A DNA stretch of 64,000 bases, taken from IMG/VR virus record IMGVR_UViG_2898615884_000001, positions 1 through 64,000 of that record, one strand, 5' to 3'. This DNA is from a virus. Taxonomy: Duplodnaviria > Caudoviricetes. Positions 54,678-62,673 of the stretch are shown one piece after another. A program made the translations under genes and the position numbers. Under the pieces are notes generated by a model, which was not told the DNA's origin, searched no databases, and saw only the letters and a program-made list of their open reading frames with translations. How positions within the stretch are numbered: position 1 is the first letter of the stretch; each line of letters starts with the position of its first letter.

Positions 54678-54898
54678 GTCTTGGTGTCCTCCTGGAGGTC
54701 GGTGCGGGCCCCCTGGCCAGGTCGTTGATGGGCGAGGATCGTGGCCGGCCTCCAGACCGGTGAACGGCCGAACTGCTTGTCCTCGGGTGGGAGTTCGCCG
54801 CGGGCTCGGTAGCGGCGCGCGGAGGCGTACTTGATTCCGTAGTGGTCGGCGACGTCTTGGAGTGTCCAGTAGTCGGCGTCGGGGTCGGGCTTGGTCAC
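54674..54898 (-). CDS. AlpA/Xis-like HTH ending RPGQGARTDL
   Basis: WTLQDVADHYGIKYASARRYRARGELP...SPVW...RPGQGARTDL. Confidence 0.8.
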   Translation of the reverse strand: MTKPDPDADYWTLQDVADHYGIKYASARRYRARGELPPEDKQFGRSPVWRPATILAHQRPGQGARTDLQEDTKT

Positions 54899-54981
54899 GG
54901 GTGCGGGCTCCCATCGTCTACTTGATGGGGACAAAGTCTAGGCCGTGGGTTGTGGCGGTCCCTCAAAGCTACTTCGTCTCT

Positions 54982-55028
54982 CTGATGTTGACAAGGTTGC
55001 TCGCCTCTCCTAACCTTGTCTACATCAG
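54982..55028 (+). promoter_or_regulatory. Near-consensus promoter flanked by a 17-bp inverted repeat
   Basis: TTGACA(54988)-N17-TAACCT(55011); arms CTGATGTTGACAAGGTT / AACCTTGTCTACATCAG with one mismatch. Confidence 0.85.
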
Positions 55029-55051
55029 GACGACAAAGACTGGAGGGTGAC

Positions 55052-55504
55052 ATGGCGAAGCGGACCACCACCAAGACGGCCCACTGCCGCCGCTGCCGCG
55101 CCCTCCTCACCAACCCCCGCTCCGTCGCCGAAGGCATCACCCGCCCCTGCCTCCGCAAGGAGCGCGCAGAGGCCGCCGCGCTCGCAGAAGCCCGCGCCTC
55201 CGTCGTCGAGGTCGCCGTCAACGCCATCGACACCACCGCCTTCAAAAACCCGCAGGCCGTCAAGGACAAGGCCGTCCAGCTCATCCTCGACGGCGCGATC
55301 GTCCCCACCCGCTTCGACGGCGTGTACCTCGCCACCGGCTCCGACGGCGTGTCGACCTACCTCACCGACACCGTCGAGCGGTCGTGCACCTGCAAAGCGG
55401 GCCAGCGCCTCGGCCGCTGCAACCACCTGATCGCGGGCGACGCGCTCGACCTGCTCGACAACGGCGCCTTCGCCAGCACCACCGCCATCCTGCTCGCCGC
55501 CTGA
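55052..55504 (+). CDS. DUF6011-like N-terminus plus SWIM-type Zn finger
   Basis: CRRCRALLTNPRSVAEGITRPC; CTCKAG...RCNH; RBS GGAGG. Confidence 0.75.
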   Translation: MAKRTTTKTAHCRRCRALLTNPRSVAEGITRPCLRKERAEAAALAEARASVVEVAVNAIDTTAFKNPQAVKDKAVQLILDGAIVPTRFDGVYLATGSDGVSTYLTDTVERSCTCKAGQRLGRCNHLIAGDALDLLDNGAFASTTAILLAA

Positions 55505-55528
55505 ACTGCTTTCCCGAAGGAGACCAAG

Positions 55529-55813
55529 ATGAGCGCACGCTGGGACCGGCTCGCGGCCACCCTCGCCGAGGCTGGCATCGCCACCGAGGTCGACCGCCGC
55601 ACATGGCACGGCGAAACCGTCTGCCGCATCACCATGCGCGTAGACGGCGGCCTGATCACCATCGGCGACACGTGGCGCCGCGGCCGCTGGACCGGATGGC
55701 AGGTCACTGCTGAGGACACCGACGACATCGTCGTCCGCGAGTTCCCCAAGACGAAGAAGCGCGCCGAGGTCCGGCAGCACGTTGAGGAAGCCCGCGCCGT
55801 CCTCGCAAGCTGA
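55529..55813 (+). CDS. Hypothetical protein
   Basis: RBS AAGGAG. Confidence 0.75.
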   Translation: MSARWDRLAATLAEAGIATEVDRRTWHGETVCRITMRVDGGLITIGDTWRRGRWTGWQVTAEDTDDIVVREFPKTKKRAEVRQHVEEARAVLAS

Positions 55814-55819
55814 CGCCCC

Positions 55820-55845
55820 GTCTCGGGCCGGTACCGGCCCGAGAC
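55820..55845. terminator. Perfect 26-bp palindrome after a stop codon
   Basis: GTCTCGGGCCGGTACCGGCCCGAGAC. Confidence 0.55.
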
Positions 55846-55885
55846 AGGACGCCGGCTCACCCCCCTGATCAGGAAGGACCCCGAT

Positions 55886-56038
55886 ATGTACACGCTCCGC
55901 GCTGTCGCGGCGCTCGCGTCGCTGATCTGTTTCGCGGTCACCGTCACCACCCAGGGGTTCGGTGTCCTGGCCCTGATCGGCGGGATCGCGGTCACGTGCT
56001 GGGTCCTGGTTCTCGCGCTTACTCCTCGGAGGCGCTGA
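55886..56038 (+). CDS. 50-aa two-TM membrane peptide (not in the ORF track)
   Basis: RBS AGGAAGGA; MYTLRAVAALASLICFAVTVTTQGFGVLALIGGIAVTCWVLVLALTPRRR. Confidence 0.65.
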   Translation: MYTLRAVAALASLICFAVTVTTQGFGVLALIGGIAVTCWVLVLALTPRRR

Positions 56039-56123
56039 CGGTGTGCTGGGCGCTCCCCACCCCGCCGGGGGAGCGCCCAGCATCCACCAGCACCCCACCC
56101 CACCCCACCGGAGGGAGATCCCG

Positions 56124-56264
56124 ATGCAGCGCTGCACCGAGTGCGCCGTGACCAAGCCCGACGTGCGCGAACGCCCTGACCCTTGCGAGGAGGACGTCAA
56201 CGGCCGCGAGGTCCGCCGGGACCTGTGCGACGACTGCGAGGCCGCGATCTCGAACGAGGTCTGA
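56124..56264 (+). CDS. 46-aa Zn-ribbon peptide
   Basis: RBS GGAGGGAG; CTEC...CDDC. Confidence 0.65.
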   Translation: MQRCTECAVTKPDVRERPDPCEEDVNGREVRRDLCDDCEAAISNEV

Positions 56265-56303
56265 CCAGCCCCATCTACCCCACCGCGAACCCGAAGGAGA
56301 CCC

Positions 56304-56756
56304 ATGGACCTCCAAGACCTCAAGCAGCTGCCGGAAGGCACGCAACTCCGCACCACCAAGAAGGAGATCGTCACCCTCGCCGGCTTCGTCCGGTCCGTCG
56401 TGATCGTCCGGCACGCGGACGGCGGAACCCGCGAGTACAGGTCGGTCAGCCTCCACCACGTCACGGACGTCCACCCGCTCATCACCCGCGAGCGCGCCGG
56501 TCTGACCGGTCACACGGTCACGGTGGAGCGCGTGGGCCGGGACGCGGCCCGCCAGTTCGCTGGCACCGTCCCGAACTGGGAGGGGCTGATCGGCCGACTC
56601 GCCGTGGTGGAGCGGACCGACGGGCGCCTCGGCAAGGTCTGTGACGTCGCCGGGGTGAACGGCCTCGGCGACGGTGAGGACGATGTCGTGTTCGCGGCGT
56701 CGAGCGTGGCGTGCGCGTACGGCGCCCGGTACGTCCCCACCGGAACCCTGACCTGA
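56304..56756 (+). CDS. Hypothetical protein
   Basis: RBS GAAGGAG. Confidence 0.75.
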   Translation: MDLQDLKQLPEGTQLRTTKKEIVTLAGFVRSVVIVRHADGGTREYRSVSLHHVTDVHPLITRERAGLTGHTVTVERVGRDAARQFAGTVPNWEGLIGRLAVVERTDGRLGKVCDVAGVNGLGDGEDDVVFAASSVACAYGARYVPTGTLT

Positions 56757-56762
56757 CGCCCC

Positions 56763-56801
56763 GCCCCGGTCTCGTCCGCGGGTGGCGGACGAGACCGGGG
56801 C
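56763..56801 (+). terminator. Perfect 17-bp-arm hairpin after a stop codon
   Basis: GCCCCGGTCTCGTCCGC-N5-GCGGACGAGACCGGGGC. Confidence 0.6.
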
Positions 56802-56845
56802 AGGCCGCCAGACCAGGCCCAACCCACCACCAAAGGAAGGCGCGC

Positions 56846-57346
56846 ATGGGCTACGACACCGACTTCACCGGCAAGATCCAGATCGAGCCGCCCCTCAACC
56901 CCAGCGAAATCAGCTACCTGCGCCGGTTCTCCGACTCCCGCCGGATGCACCGCGACACCGGCCCCTACTACCTGGGGAACCGCCGCCCCGAGGAGAACGA
57001 CACCGGCGTCGTCGACCCCAACTCCCCGCCCCCGGAACAGCCGGGCCTGTGGTGCGACTGGGTCCCGACACCCGACGGCACGGCGATCGAGTGGAACCGG
57101 ATGGAGAAGTTCTACTACGCCACCGAGTGGATGGAGTACCTGATCAACGCGTTCCTGTCGGAAGGCGCGGACGTCCAGGCCGAGCTGAAGGCGCCGATCG
57201 TCGGCCGGTTCTACCCGCCGGAGTTCGCGGAGTTCACGTTCGACCACGTCCTCAGCGGGACGGTCGAGGCGCAGGGCGACGACCCGGACGACCGGTGGGA
57301 CCTGGTCGTCTCCGACAACGAGGTCCAGAGGGTGGAGAAGGGCTGA
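56846..57346 (+). CDS. Conserved hypothetical protein
   Basis: MGYDTDFTG...PPL...PGLWCDW.P..DG..IEWN.MEKFY; RBS AAAGGAAGG. Confidence 0.8.
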   Translation: MGYDTDFTGKIQIEPPLNPSEISYLRRFSDSRRMHRDTGPYYLGNRRPEENDTGVVDPNSPPPEQPGLWCDWVPTPDGTAIEWNRMEKFYYATEWMEYLINAFLSEGADVQAELKAPIVGRFYPPEFAEFTFDHVLSGTVEAQGDDPDDRWDLVVSDNEVQRVEKG

Positions 57347-57374
57347 CCAGCCACCCCAATGAGACCGTGAACGC

Positions 57375-57407
57375 GAAGGGCCCGTACCCCACCGGTACGG
57401 GCCCTTC
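57375..57407. terminator. Bidirectional terminator
   Basis: Perfect 14-bp arms GAAGGGCCCGTACC/GGTACGGGCCCTTC between convergent genes. Confidence 0.8.
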
Positions 57408-57416
57408 ATCGCGTGG

Positions 57417-57659
57417 TCAGGCCGGGCCGGCGCCGATCCGCATCGCCCAGCCCGACGGCAACGGCACCGCCTCCGCCTGAAGCCGGTCCCTGCCCGCCTG
57501 AGTCCTGGCATGGACCGAGAACCACCCCTCACTGACCTTCCACGTGCCGCCCGCGCCCCCGAGGTCCTCGGCGGCCGCGGTCAACCGCTTGTGGCGCTCG
57601 ACGGCCTCGTCCACATCGGCCGGCGGGAAGGAGATCGTCAGGAGGTTTTCGTCAGCCAT
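57417..57659 (-). CDS. Hypothetical protein
   Basis: RBS GAAAGGAAGG before ATG 57659. Confidence 0.65.
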   Translation of the reverse strand: MADENLLTISFPPADVDEAVERHKRLTAAAEDLGGAGGTWKVSEGWFSVHARTQAGRDRLQAEAVPLPSGWAMRIGAGPA

Positions 57660-57716
57660 GAGGGCCTTCCTTTCTGGGAGGCTCCCAGGATCCGGGACGC
57701 CCGGCGTGGGCGGGAG

Positions 57717-57749
57717 GGGTTTCCAGTTGACTGCTGAAACTGGAAACCC
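57717..57749. promoter_or_regulatory. Operator-like inverted repeat GGGTTTCCAGTT-N9-AACTGGAAACCC
   Basis: Perfect 12-bp arms between the methyltransferase stop and the next gene. Confidence 0.55.
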
Positions 57750-57760
57750 GGGCGCTCGCG

Positions 57761-58900
57761 TCAGGGGCTGATGATGTTGGACGGGGCGTCGCGCCAAACC
57801 ACCTGACGGTCGGGGCCCACGGTCAGCCCGAACTCCTCCCGGCCGGGACGCCCCCACCCTGTCCACCGCTCGTACGCGGAGGCGACCTCGTCCCACAGCC
57901 GCCGCGGCCCCGCCTGCCACACCCGATGCTCGCCGTCGCCCTGCCGGACCCGCGCCCACGAGGTCCCGGCCGTGTCCGCCAACTCCACCTCGACCACGCC
58001 GTCCCGCTCGCGGGGCGCGCCCATGACATCCGGGAGCGCGCCGGTGATCGCGACGTCCGCGCCGAGACTGCCGGTCACCTCACCGGGATCGAGGTCCGTG
58101 GTGGTCTCATCCGCGCCCGCCATGTCCGCAGGCACGGTCAAGGTGCTGCGCTGCGCGCGGAGGATCATGTAGTTCGTGGTCCCGATGAGCCGGCCGACCG
58201 CGTGCCCGTCGCCGGTGACGGTCAGGACCGCCTTGTGGCCTTCCCCGTACTCCGGCATCCACGGGACCACGATCCGGCCGCCCGGCCGGGTCTGCTCCAC
58301 CCACGCATACGGGACATCACCGACACCGCAGGTGACGTGGACACCATCGAACGGCGCACGATCGGGGACGCCGAGCGCACCGTCGCCGGTGACTATGAGC
58401 GGGTCGAACCCGGCCAGGTCCAGGGTCTCGCAGGCAGTAGCGGCGAGGCCCGGGTCGACCTCCACCGTGGTCACGTCCGCGCCGAGCGCGGTCAACAGCG
58501 CCGCCGTCCACCCGGTGCCGGTGCCGATCTCCAGGACCCGGTCACCGGGCTGGACGTCGAGCGCCTCCAGGAACGCCACGACCGCGCCCGGGGCCGACAG
58601 CGAAGACGTGGCCTCGGCGACGCCCTGGGCCGGGTCAGCGGCTCCGTCGGCGGCCTGGACGACGATGGACCCGTCGCTGTACACCGCGTCCCACCAGACG
58701 TCCGGGTCGGCGTCGCGGTCGATGCGGTGGCGGGGGCCGGGGCCGTTCGTCGCGAACCAGCCGCGGGCCGGCGCGAACAGGTGCCGGGGGGCGGCGTGCA
58801 AGGCGTCCCGGGTGCGGGTGCTGATGAGGAAGCCGCGGGCGGTCAGGGTGTCGGTGAGCGCGTCGGTGCGTGCGCTGGTGTCGGTGGTGTGGACGGTCAT
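57761..58900 (-). CDS. PIMT-homologous peptide aspartyl O-methyltransferase (PAMT type) with C-terminal WxxxGxP domain
   Basis: SSLSAP, VLEIGTGTGWTAALL, GDGALG, FDGVHVTCGV, WVEQTRPGGRIVVP; 379 aa; WTGWGRP near the C-terminus. Confidence 0.9.
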   Translation of the reverse strand: MTVHTTDTSARTDALTDTLTARGFLISTRTRDALHAAPRHLFAPARGWFATNGPGPRHRIDRDADPDVWWDAVYSDGSIVVQAADGAADPAQGVAEATSSLSAPGAVVAFLEALDVQPGDRVLEIGTGTGWTAALLTALGADVTTVEVDPGLAATACETLDLAGFDPLIVTGDGALGVPDRAPFDGVHVTCGVGDVPYAWVEQTRPGGRIVVPWMPEYGEGHKAVLTVTGDGHAVGRLIGTTNYMILRAQRSTLTVPADMAGADETTTDLDPGEVTGSLGADVAITGALPDVMGAPRERDGVVEVELADTAGTSWARVRQGDGEHRVWQAGPRRLWDEVASAYERWTGWGRPGREEFGLTVGPDRQVVWRDAPSNIISP

Positions 58901-59007
58901 TTGCCTTTGCCCTTGTCGGGCTTGCCCTTCTCGTCCTTCTCGGCGGGAGGGACGGGACGGTCGGGCTCGTAGGAGTCCTCGTCGGATCGGTCGCCGTGCT
59001 TGCCCAT
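58897..59007 (-). CDS. Putative RiPP (imiditide/pamtide) precursor peptide, 36 aa (not in the ORF track)
   Basis: RBS GGAGGAG; MGKHGDRSDEDSYEPDRPVPPAEKDEKGKPDKGKGK; stop overlaps the methyltransferase ATG (ATGA). Confidence 0.75.
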   Translation of the reverse strand: MGKHGDRSDEDSYEPDRPVPPAEKDEKGKPDKGKGK

Positions 59008-59112
59008 GGTTCTCCTCCGGGGTCGAGCGGACGTGCCCACAGTGCGGTGACCGACGGTACTAGCGCCCTGACCAACGGTGGTCTAGCCCGGCGGTCAGAC
59101 AACCGTGCCGAC

Positions 59113-59847
59113 CTACACCAGCGCCCGGCGCACGACGAGCAGCTCGGGCCCGTCGGCGGGCTCGGGCACGTCAGCCATGGCCGCGGCCGCACCGGCCAGC
59201 TCGCGCCGCGCGGCCATCGACCACAACCGCGAGGCTCGGCCACCGCCTCGGTAGACGTCGACGGCGAGTTGCTTGAGCGCGCGGTGCGCGGCTCCCGTGC
59301 ACCCGACAGCGACGCCGAGCGCTCTGGGGAGCTCAGCGAGGTCGGGCTGGTAGGTCCACCGCTCGACCTCGAAGTGGATGTGGGCGCCCATGTGGGCGTG
59401 CCGGTCGATGACGGCCCGCGCGCACACCGACCCGCAGGCGGACAGGCTCCAGGTCCGCTGGACGGTGTTGCCGACCTGCACGTATCCGTGTTCGTCGCGG
59501 GGGCTGGGGTCGGCGTCGTCGGGGCGCGCGTAGTTCGGTCGGACCGACCAGGCGCTCACCCGGTAGCGGGTGGGGCGTCCGCAGCCTGCGACACCTTGGC
59601 ACGTGGCCATGCGCTGCACGGCGAGCAGGTTGCAGTTGGCGCAGGTACAGGCGTCGCCGCAGTTGCAGCGGGGGGTTCCGTCGTCGTACTCGCCGGCGCA
59701 GTCGCACTCGTCGGGGTCGTCGACGGGACCGGTGGGGGTGGGGGTCCAGGCGCCGTCCCATGCGCTCTGGAGGGTGCGAATGGCGGTGGCGAGCTGCTCG
59801 GGCGTGGGCTGCTCGTTGTCGGGTCGGGGGTTGGTGTTGGTCGGCAT
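59113..59847 (-). CDS. Cys-rich hypothetical protein
   Basis: CDC, CNC..CTCANC, ACGSVC; RBS AAGGA. Confidence 0.7.
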   Translation of the reverse strand: MPTNTNPRPDNEQPTPEQLATAIRTLQSAWDGAWTPTPTGPVDDPDECDCAGEYDDGTPRCNCGDACTCANCNLLAVQRMATCQGVAGCGRPTRYRVSAWSVRPNYARPDDADPSPRDEHGYVQVGNTVQRTWSLSACGSVCARAVIDRHAHMGAHIHFEVERWTYQPDLAELPRALGVAVGCTGAAHRALKQLAVDVYRGGGRASRLWSMAARRELAGAAAAMADVPEPADGPELLVVRRALV

Positions 59848-59889
59848 GTGGGTTCCTTACCGTCTTGGTCGGACGTTTCGGGGTGAGTG

Positions 59890-60315
59890 CTAGGCGGGGT
59901 GGGGAGGCTGGTCGAGGGCGGCGTGCAGAAGCCCGGCCCCGATCGCGTGATGCAGAACGCCGTGGACGCTCGTGGACACCTCCACATCCTGGTCGAACGG
60001 GTGGACCCACCGCAGTGCCCGGCCGGGCTGGACGGCGGCTGGCTCGCCGGTGAGTTCGACCCGGTACAGCTCGGTGAGGACGAGCGCCCCGTCGATCCCG
60101 GACACCGCCTCGAACCGGTCGACGTACGTGAGGCCCGCCAGGCCGGTACCGAGTTCGGCGGCCAGTTCCCGGTCCAACGTCGCCTCGTGGCTCTCACCCT
60201 CGACCGCGGGGCCGCCCGGCATGCAGTAAATGTCAGGGTGCCGGGACGCGGTGATGGTGAGGACGCAGCCGTCCCGGACGACGAGCGCCGAGACCTTCCG
60301 GTAGACGTCGGTCAC
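59890..60315 (-). CDS. Nudix hydrolase
   Basis: MPGGPAVEGESHEATLDRELAAELG (Nudix box with one Glu replaced by Ala). Confidence 0.8.
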   Translation of the reverse strand: MTDVYRKVSALVVRDGCVLTITASRHPDIYCMPGGPAVEGESHEATLDRELAAELGTGLAGLTYVDRFEAVSGIDGALVLTELYRVELTGEPAAVQPGRALRWVHPFDQDVEVSTSVHGVLHHAIGAGLLHAALDQPPHPA

Positions 60316-60740
60316 GGGGTAACTCCTGGCTGGTCGAGGACGGCGTGGAACAGGCTGATGAGTCGGCGGAGTTGCTCGTTGCCCTCCGCCTCGGGAACGT
60401 TCTGGTCGAGGAGGTCGACCAACTCTTGGGCGCGCTGGAGTGCGGCCTCGGCCTGCTCGGCGCGTTTGGCGCTCGCGATCGCGCGGCGCTCAAATGCCAC
60501 CGCCGCCTGATGCGCCCGGTCACGGGACGCCCGGACGGTCGCGAGCGCGGCCTCGAAGACGGGCAACACGGCCAGCGCCGCGACATCGGCCTCACCACCA
60601 GAGATCGGGATGGACCGCCCAGCCGCGAGGTCAGCAACCGCGCGGGGGCCGGGCTTGATGCGGACAGTCGCGCGGATGGCTTCGGCGAGCTGGTCGCGGA
60701 GCGCGGGCTCAGGCGGCGTCGGGTCCGTAGGCATGGTCAC
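60312..60740 (-). CDS. Hypothetical protein (coiled coil)
   Basis: GTGA coupling at both ends. Confidence 0.6.
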   Translation of the reverse strand: MTMPTDPTPPEPALRDQLAEAIRATVRIKPGPRAVADLAAGRSIPISGGEADVAALAVLPVFEAALATVRASRDRAHQAAVAFERRAIASAKRAEQAEAALQRAQELVDLLDQNVPEAEGNEQLRRLISLFHAVLDQPGVTP

Positions 60741-61387
60741 CGATCCTCCTCGGGCGGGTTGCAGAACACGGCGCCACCGTTGGCGATGGCATCCGCGATC
60801 TCCTGCGGCGTCGGTGCGGGCACGATGTGCCGGGCGGCGGCTTCCATGCCACGGCGGAACGACGCGCGGGGACCGGTCAGGGCGTCGCGGTACGGCTCGG
60901 CCTTGGCCAGGATCTCGGCGGCCACCTGCTCGCGGACCTGCCGTTCGTGTTCGCCGGGCCGTGCCATCTCGCACAGCCGCACCGTGTCGTCCGCGGTGCG
61001 CGGCTCGGACCGCCGGGCGACGACCTCCTGCCGTGAGCCGAACAGCTCCGTCATGACCTGCCCGCGGGTCTTCCGCTTGATGTGTGGCGCGCCAGCCTCG
61101 ATCACCCTGCGGGCCTGCCCGGCGAAGTCCTGCCATCGCAGGTGGTCCGCGTTGAACTCGGCGTCGTAGTCGCGGAGCAGGAGTTCGGCGACGGCCGTGA
61201 CCGCTTCCTCGGGTACGTCCGGCGCGTCAGCCATGGGTGTGGTCTCGGGTTCGGGCAGCGGCAGCAGGCCGGCCTCTTCGCGGCAGGCGGCGCAGCCCCC
61301 GAGGCCGTTGCACTTCGCGACCAGCCGCGGGCCGGGCTTAGCCGGCTCGCCAGGGCCGTACCAGTGGCCGTGGGTGGTGTAGGGCAT
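60737..61387 (-). CDS. Hypothetical protein
   Basis: RBS AGGA; N-terminal YTTHGH...C..GGC..C. Confidence 0.7.
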   Translation of the reverse strand: MPYTTHGHWYGPGEPAKPGPRLVAKCNGLGGCAACREEAGLLPLPEPETTPMADAPDVPEEAVTAVAELLLRDYDAEFNADHLRWQDFAGQARRVIEAGAPHIKRKTRGQVMTELFGSRQEVVARRSEPRTADDTVRLCEMARPGEHERQVREQVAAEILAKAEPYRDALTGPRASFRRGMEAAARHIVPAPTPQEIADAIANGGAVFCNPPEEDR

Positions 61388-61403
61388 GGTGTCGAGTCCT
61401 GTC

Positions 61404-61679
61404 CTAGAAGTTGGTTCGTTCGGTGCGGCGGTTGCCGTGGTGCAGCCTCACTAGCTCGGCGAACACGGTCCGGAGACCACGGACATCGCCGTCGTTCTGC
61501 GCGAGCATCCGGACGGTCTGGTTCATCACGACCGCCCAAGGGACCCCTTCGGTGAGCGCCCCGGCGATCGCGCCTTCGAGGTCGCGGATGTTGATGTCCT
61601 CGCGGGTCTTGGCGGCGAGGGCGAGGAGTTCGGCCGTAGCCGGCTGCGCAACCGGCTGCCCGGCTGACTTACCGGTCAC
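61404..61679 (-). CDS. Hypothetical protein
   Basis: GTGA coupling. Confidence 0.6.
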   Translation of the reverse strand: MTGKSAGQPVAQPATAELLALAAKTREDINIRDLEGAIAGALTEGVPWAVVMNQTVRMLAQNDGDVRGLRTVFAELVRLHHGNRRTERTNF

Positions 61680-61918
61680 GTCCCACCTCGCGCGACCCGG
61701 GCGGCCTCCCGAAGCTCATCAGCGCTCGCATGCCAGCCGGTCGTGTCCAGCTTGGTCGCGCGCCCCTCGATCTCGCTGGCGATCTGTTCGCGGACCTGCG
61801 ACGCGAGCGTCTCGGCGAGGCTCCCGTAGTCGATGGCCCGCGCGTGTTGGCACACGATGTTGTGGTCGGTGTGCCAGTTGCGGACCGCGCTGGCGATGAG
61901 GGTTTCGAGGGGGCTCAA
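61676..61918 (-). CDS. Hypothetical protein
   Basis: TTGA overlap with the upstream stop. Confidence 0.55.
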   Translation of the reverse strand: MSPLETLIASAVRNWHTDHNIVCQHARAIDYGSLAETLASQVREQIASEIEGRATKLDTTGWHASADELREAARVARGGT

Positions 61919-62439
61919 AGCAGCTCCAGTTGTCCGGTGGGGTGCGCGGTGGCGCGCTTGGGCTTCTTGGGCTCGGCCGCGCGGCGGAGGGACGGTCGGG
62001 GGGCGGGTCGTGCGGCGGGTGCGGGGATCCCGGCGTCCCGCCGCGCGACCTGGACGGCGATCCGCTCCGCACGCCGCTCGGCATACGGCTGCGCGCGAAC
62101 CTGGCGGAGGATCATCTCGGCAGCGCGCCACGGGTCGGCCTCACGGCGACAATCCGCACACCGGCCGACGACGTTCTCGTGATGGCAGAGCTGCACACCG
62201 TCCGGCTCCGTCATCGCGCGGGCGTTGTGGTTGTTGACCCTGGCCTGGATAGACGCGGGCCGCTCCTCCGGGATCCGGAACGGGTTGTCAGCCTCCTGCG
62301 CACGGGCCATCGCGTCACGAAGCTGAGCCGTGGTCATCCCCTTGCGGCACTCGGGCCCAATCCGGAACGCACGGGATGCCGGGTCGGTGAGCGGCTTTCC
62401 GCATTCGGTGCAGGTGGGGTCGACCACGCGGATGCTCAT
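61915..62439 (-). CDS. DUF6011-domain protein
   Basis: CTECGKPLTDPASRAFRIGPECRK. Confidence 0.8.
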   Translation of the reverse strand: MSIRVVDPTCTECGKPLTDPASRAFRIGPECRKGMTTAQLRDAMARAQEADNPFRIPEERPASIQARVNNHNARAMTEPDGVQLCHHENVVGRCADCRREADPWRAAEMILRQVRAQPYAERRAERIAVQVARRDAGIPAPAARPAPRPSLRRAAEPKKPKRATAHPTGQLELL

Positions 62440-62669
62440 GCCGGGCCCGCGCCGTTCTTGAGCGCCAGGCCGTGCTGGATGAGGGCGGTGTGCACGTCAT
62501 CCAGCGACTTGGTCCCGAAGTTGCGGATGTCGAGCAGATCGAACGCATCGCACGCCGCGAGGTCGCCGATGGTGCGGATCCCCTCACGCATCAGCGCGTT
62601 GTAGGCGCGGGGCGACAGGTTCAGCAACGCGATCGGGTCGCCCGGCTGGAGGGTGCGGGTGGTGGCCAT
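62436..62669 (-). CDS. Stand-alone RNA polymerase alpha C-terminal domain homolog
   Basis: IALLNLSPRAYNALMREGIRTIGDL...LLDIRNFGTKSLDDV..AL...GL. Confidence 0.85.
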   Translation of the reverse strand: MATTRTLQPGDPIALLNLSPRAYNALMREGIRTIGDLAACDAFDLLDIRNFGTKSLDDVHTALIQHGLALKNGAGPA

Positions 62670-62673
62670 GGGG

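Noticed and set aside
57761-58900. Housekeeping pcm repair enzyme
   Set aside because: Much longer than canonical PIMT (about 210 aa), has the WxxxGxP extension and is coupled to a peptide ORF
62436-62669. Host rpoA gene marking a chromosome boundary
   Set aside because: Only the 77-aa C-terminal domain is present, and it is coupled to phage-type genes
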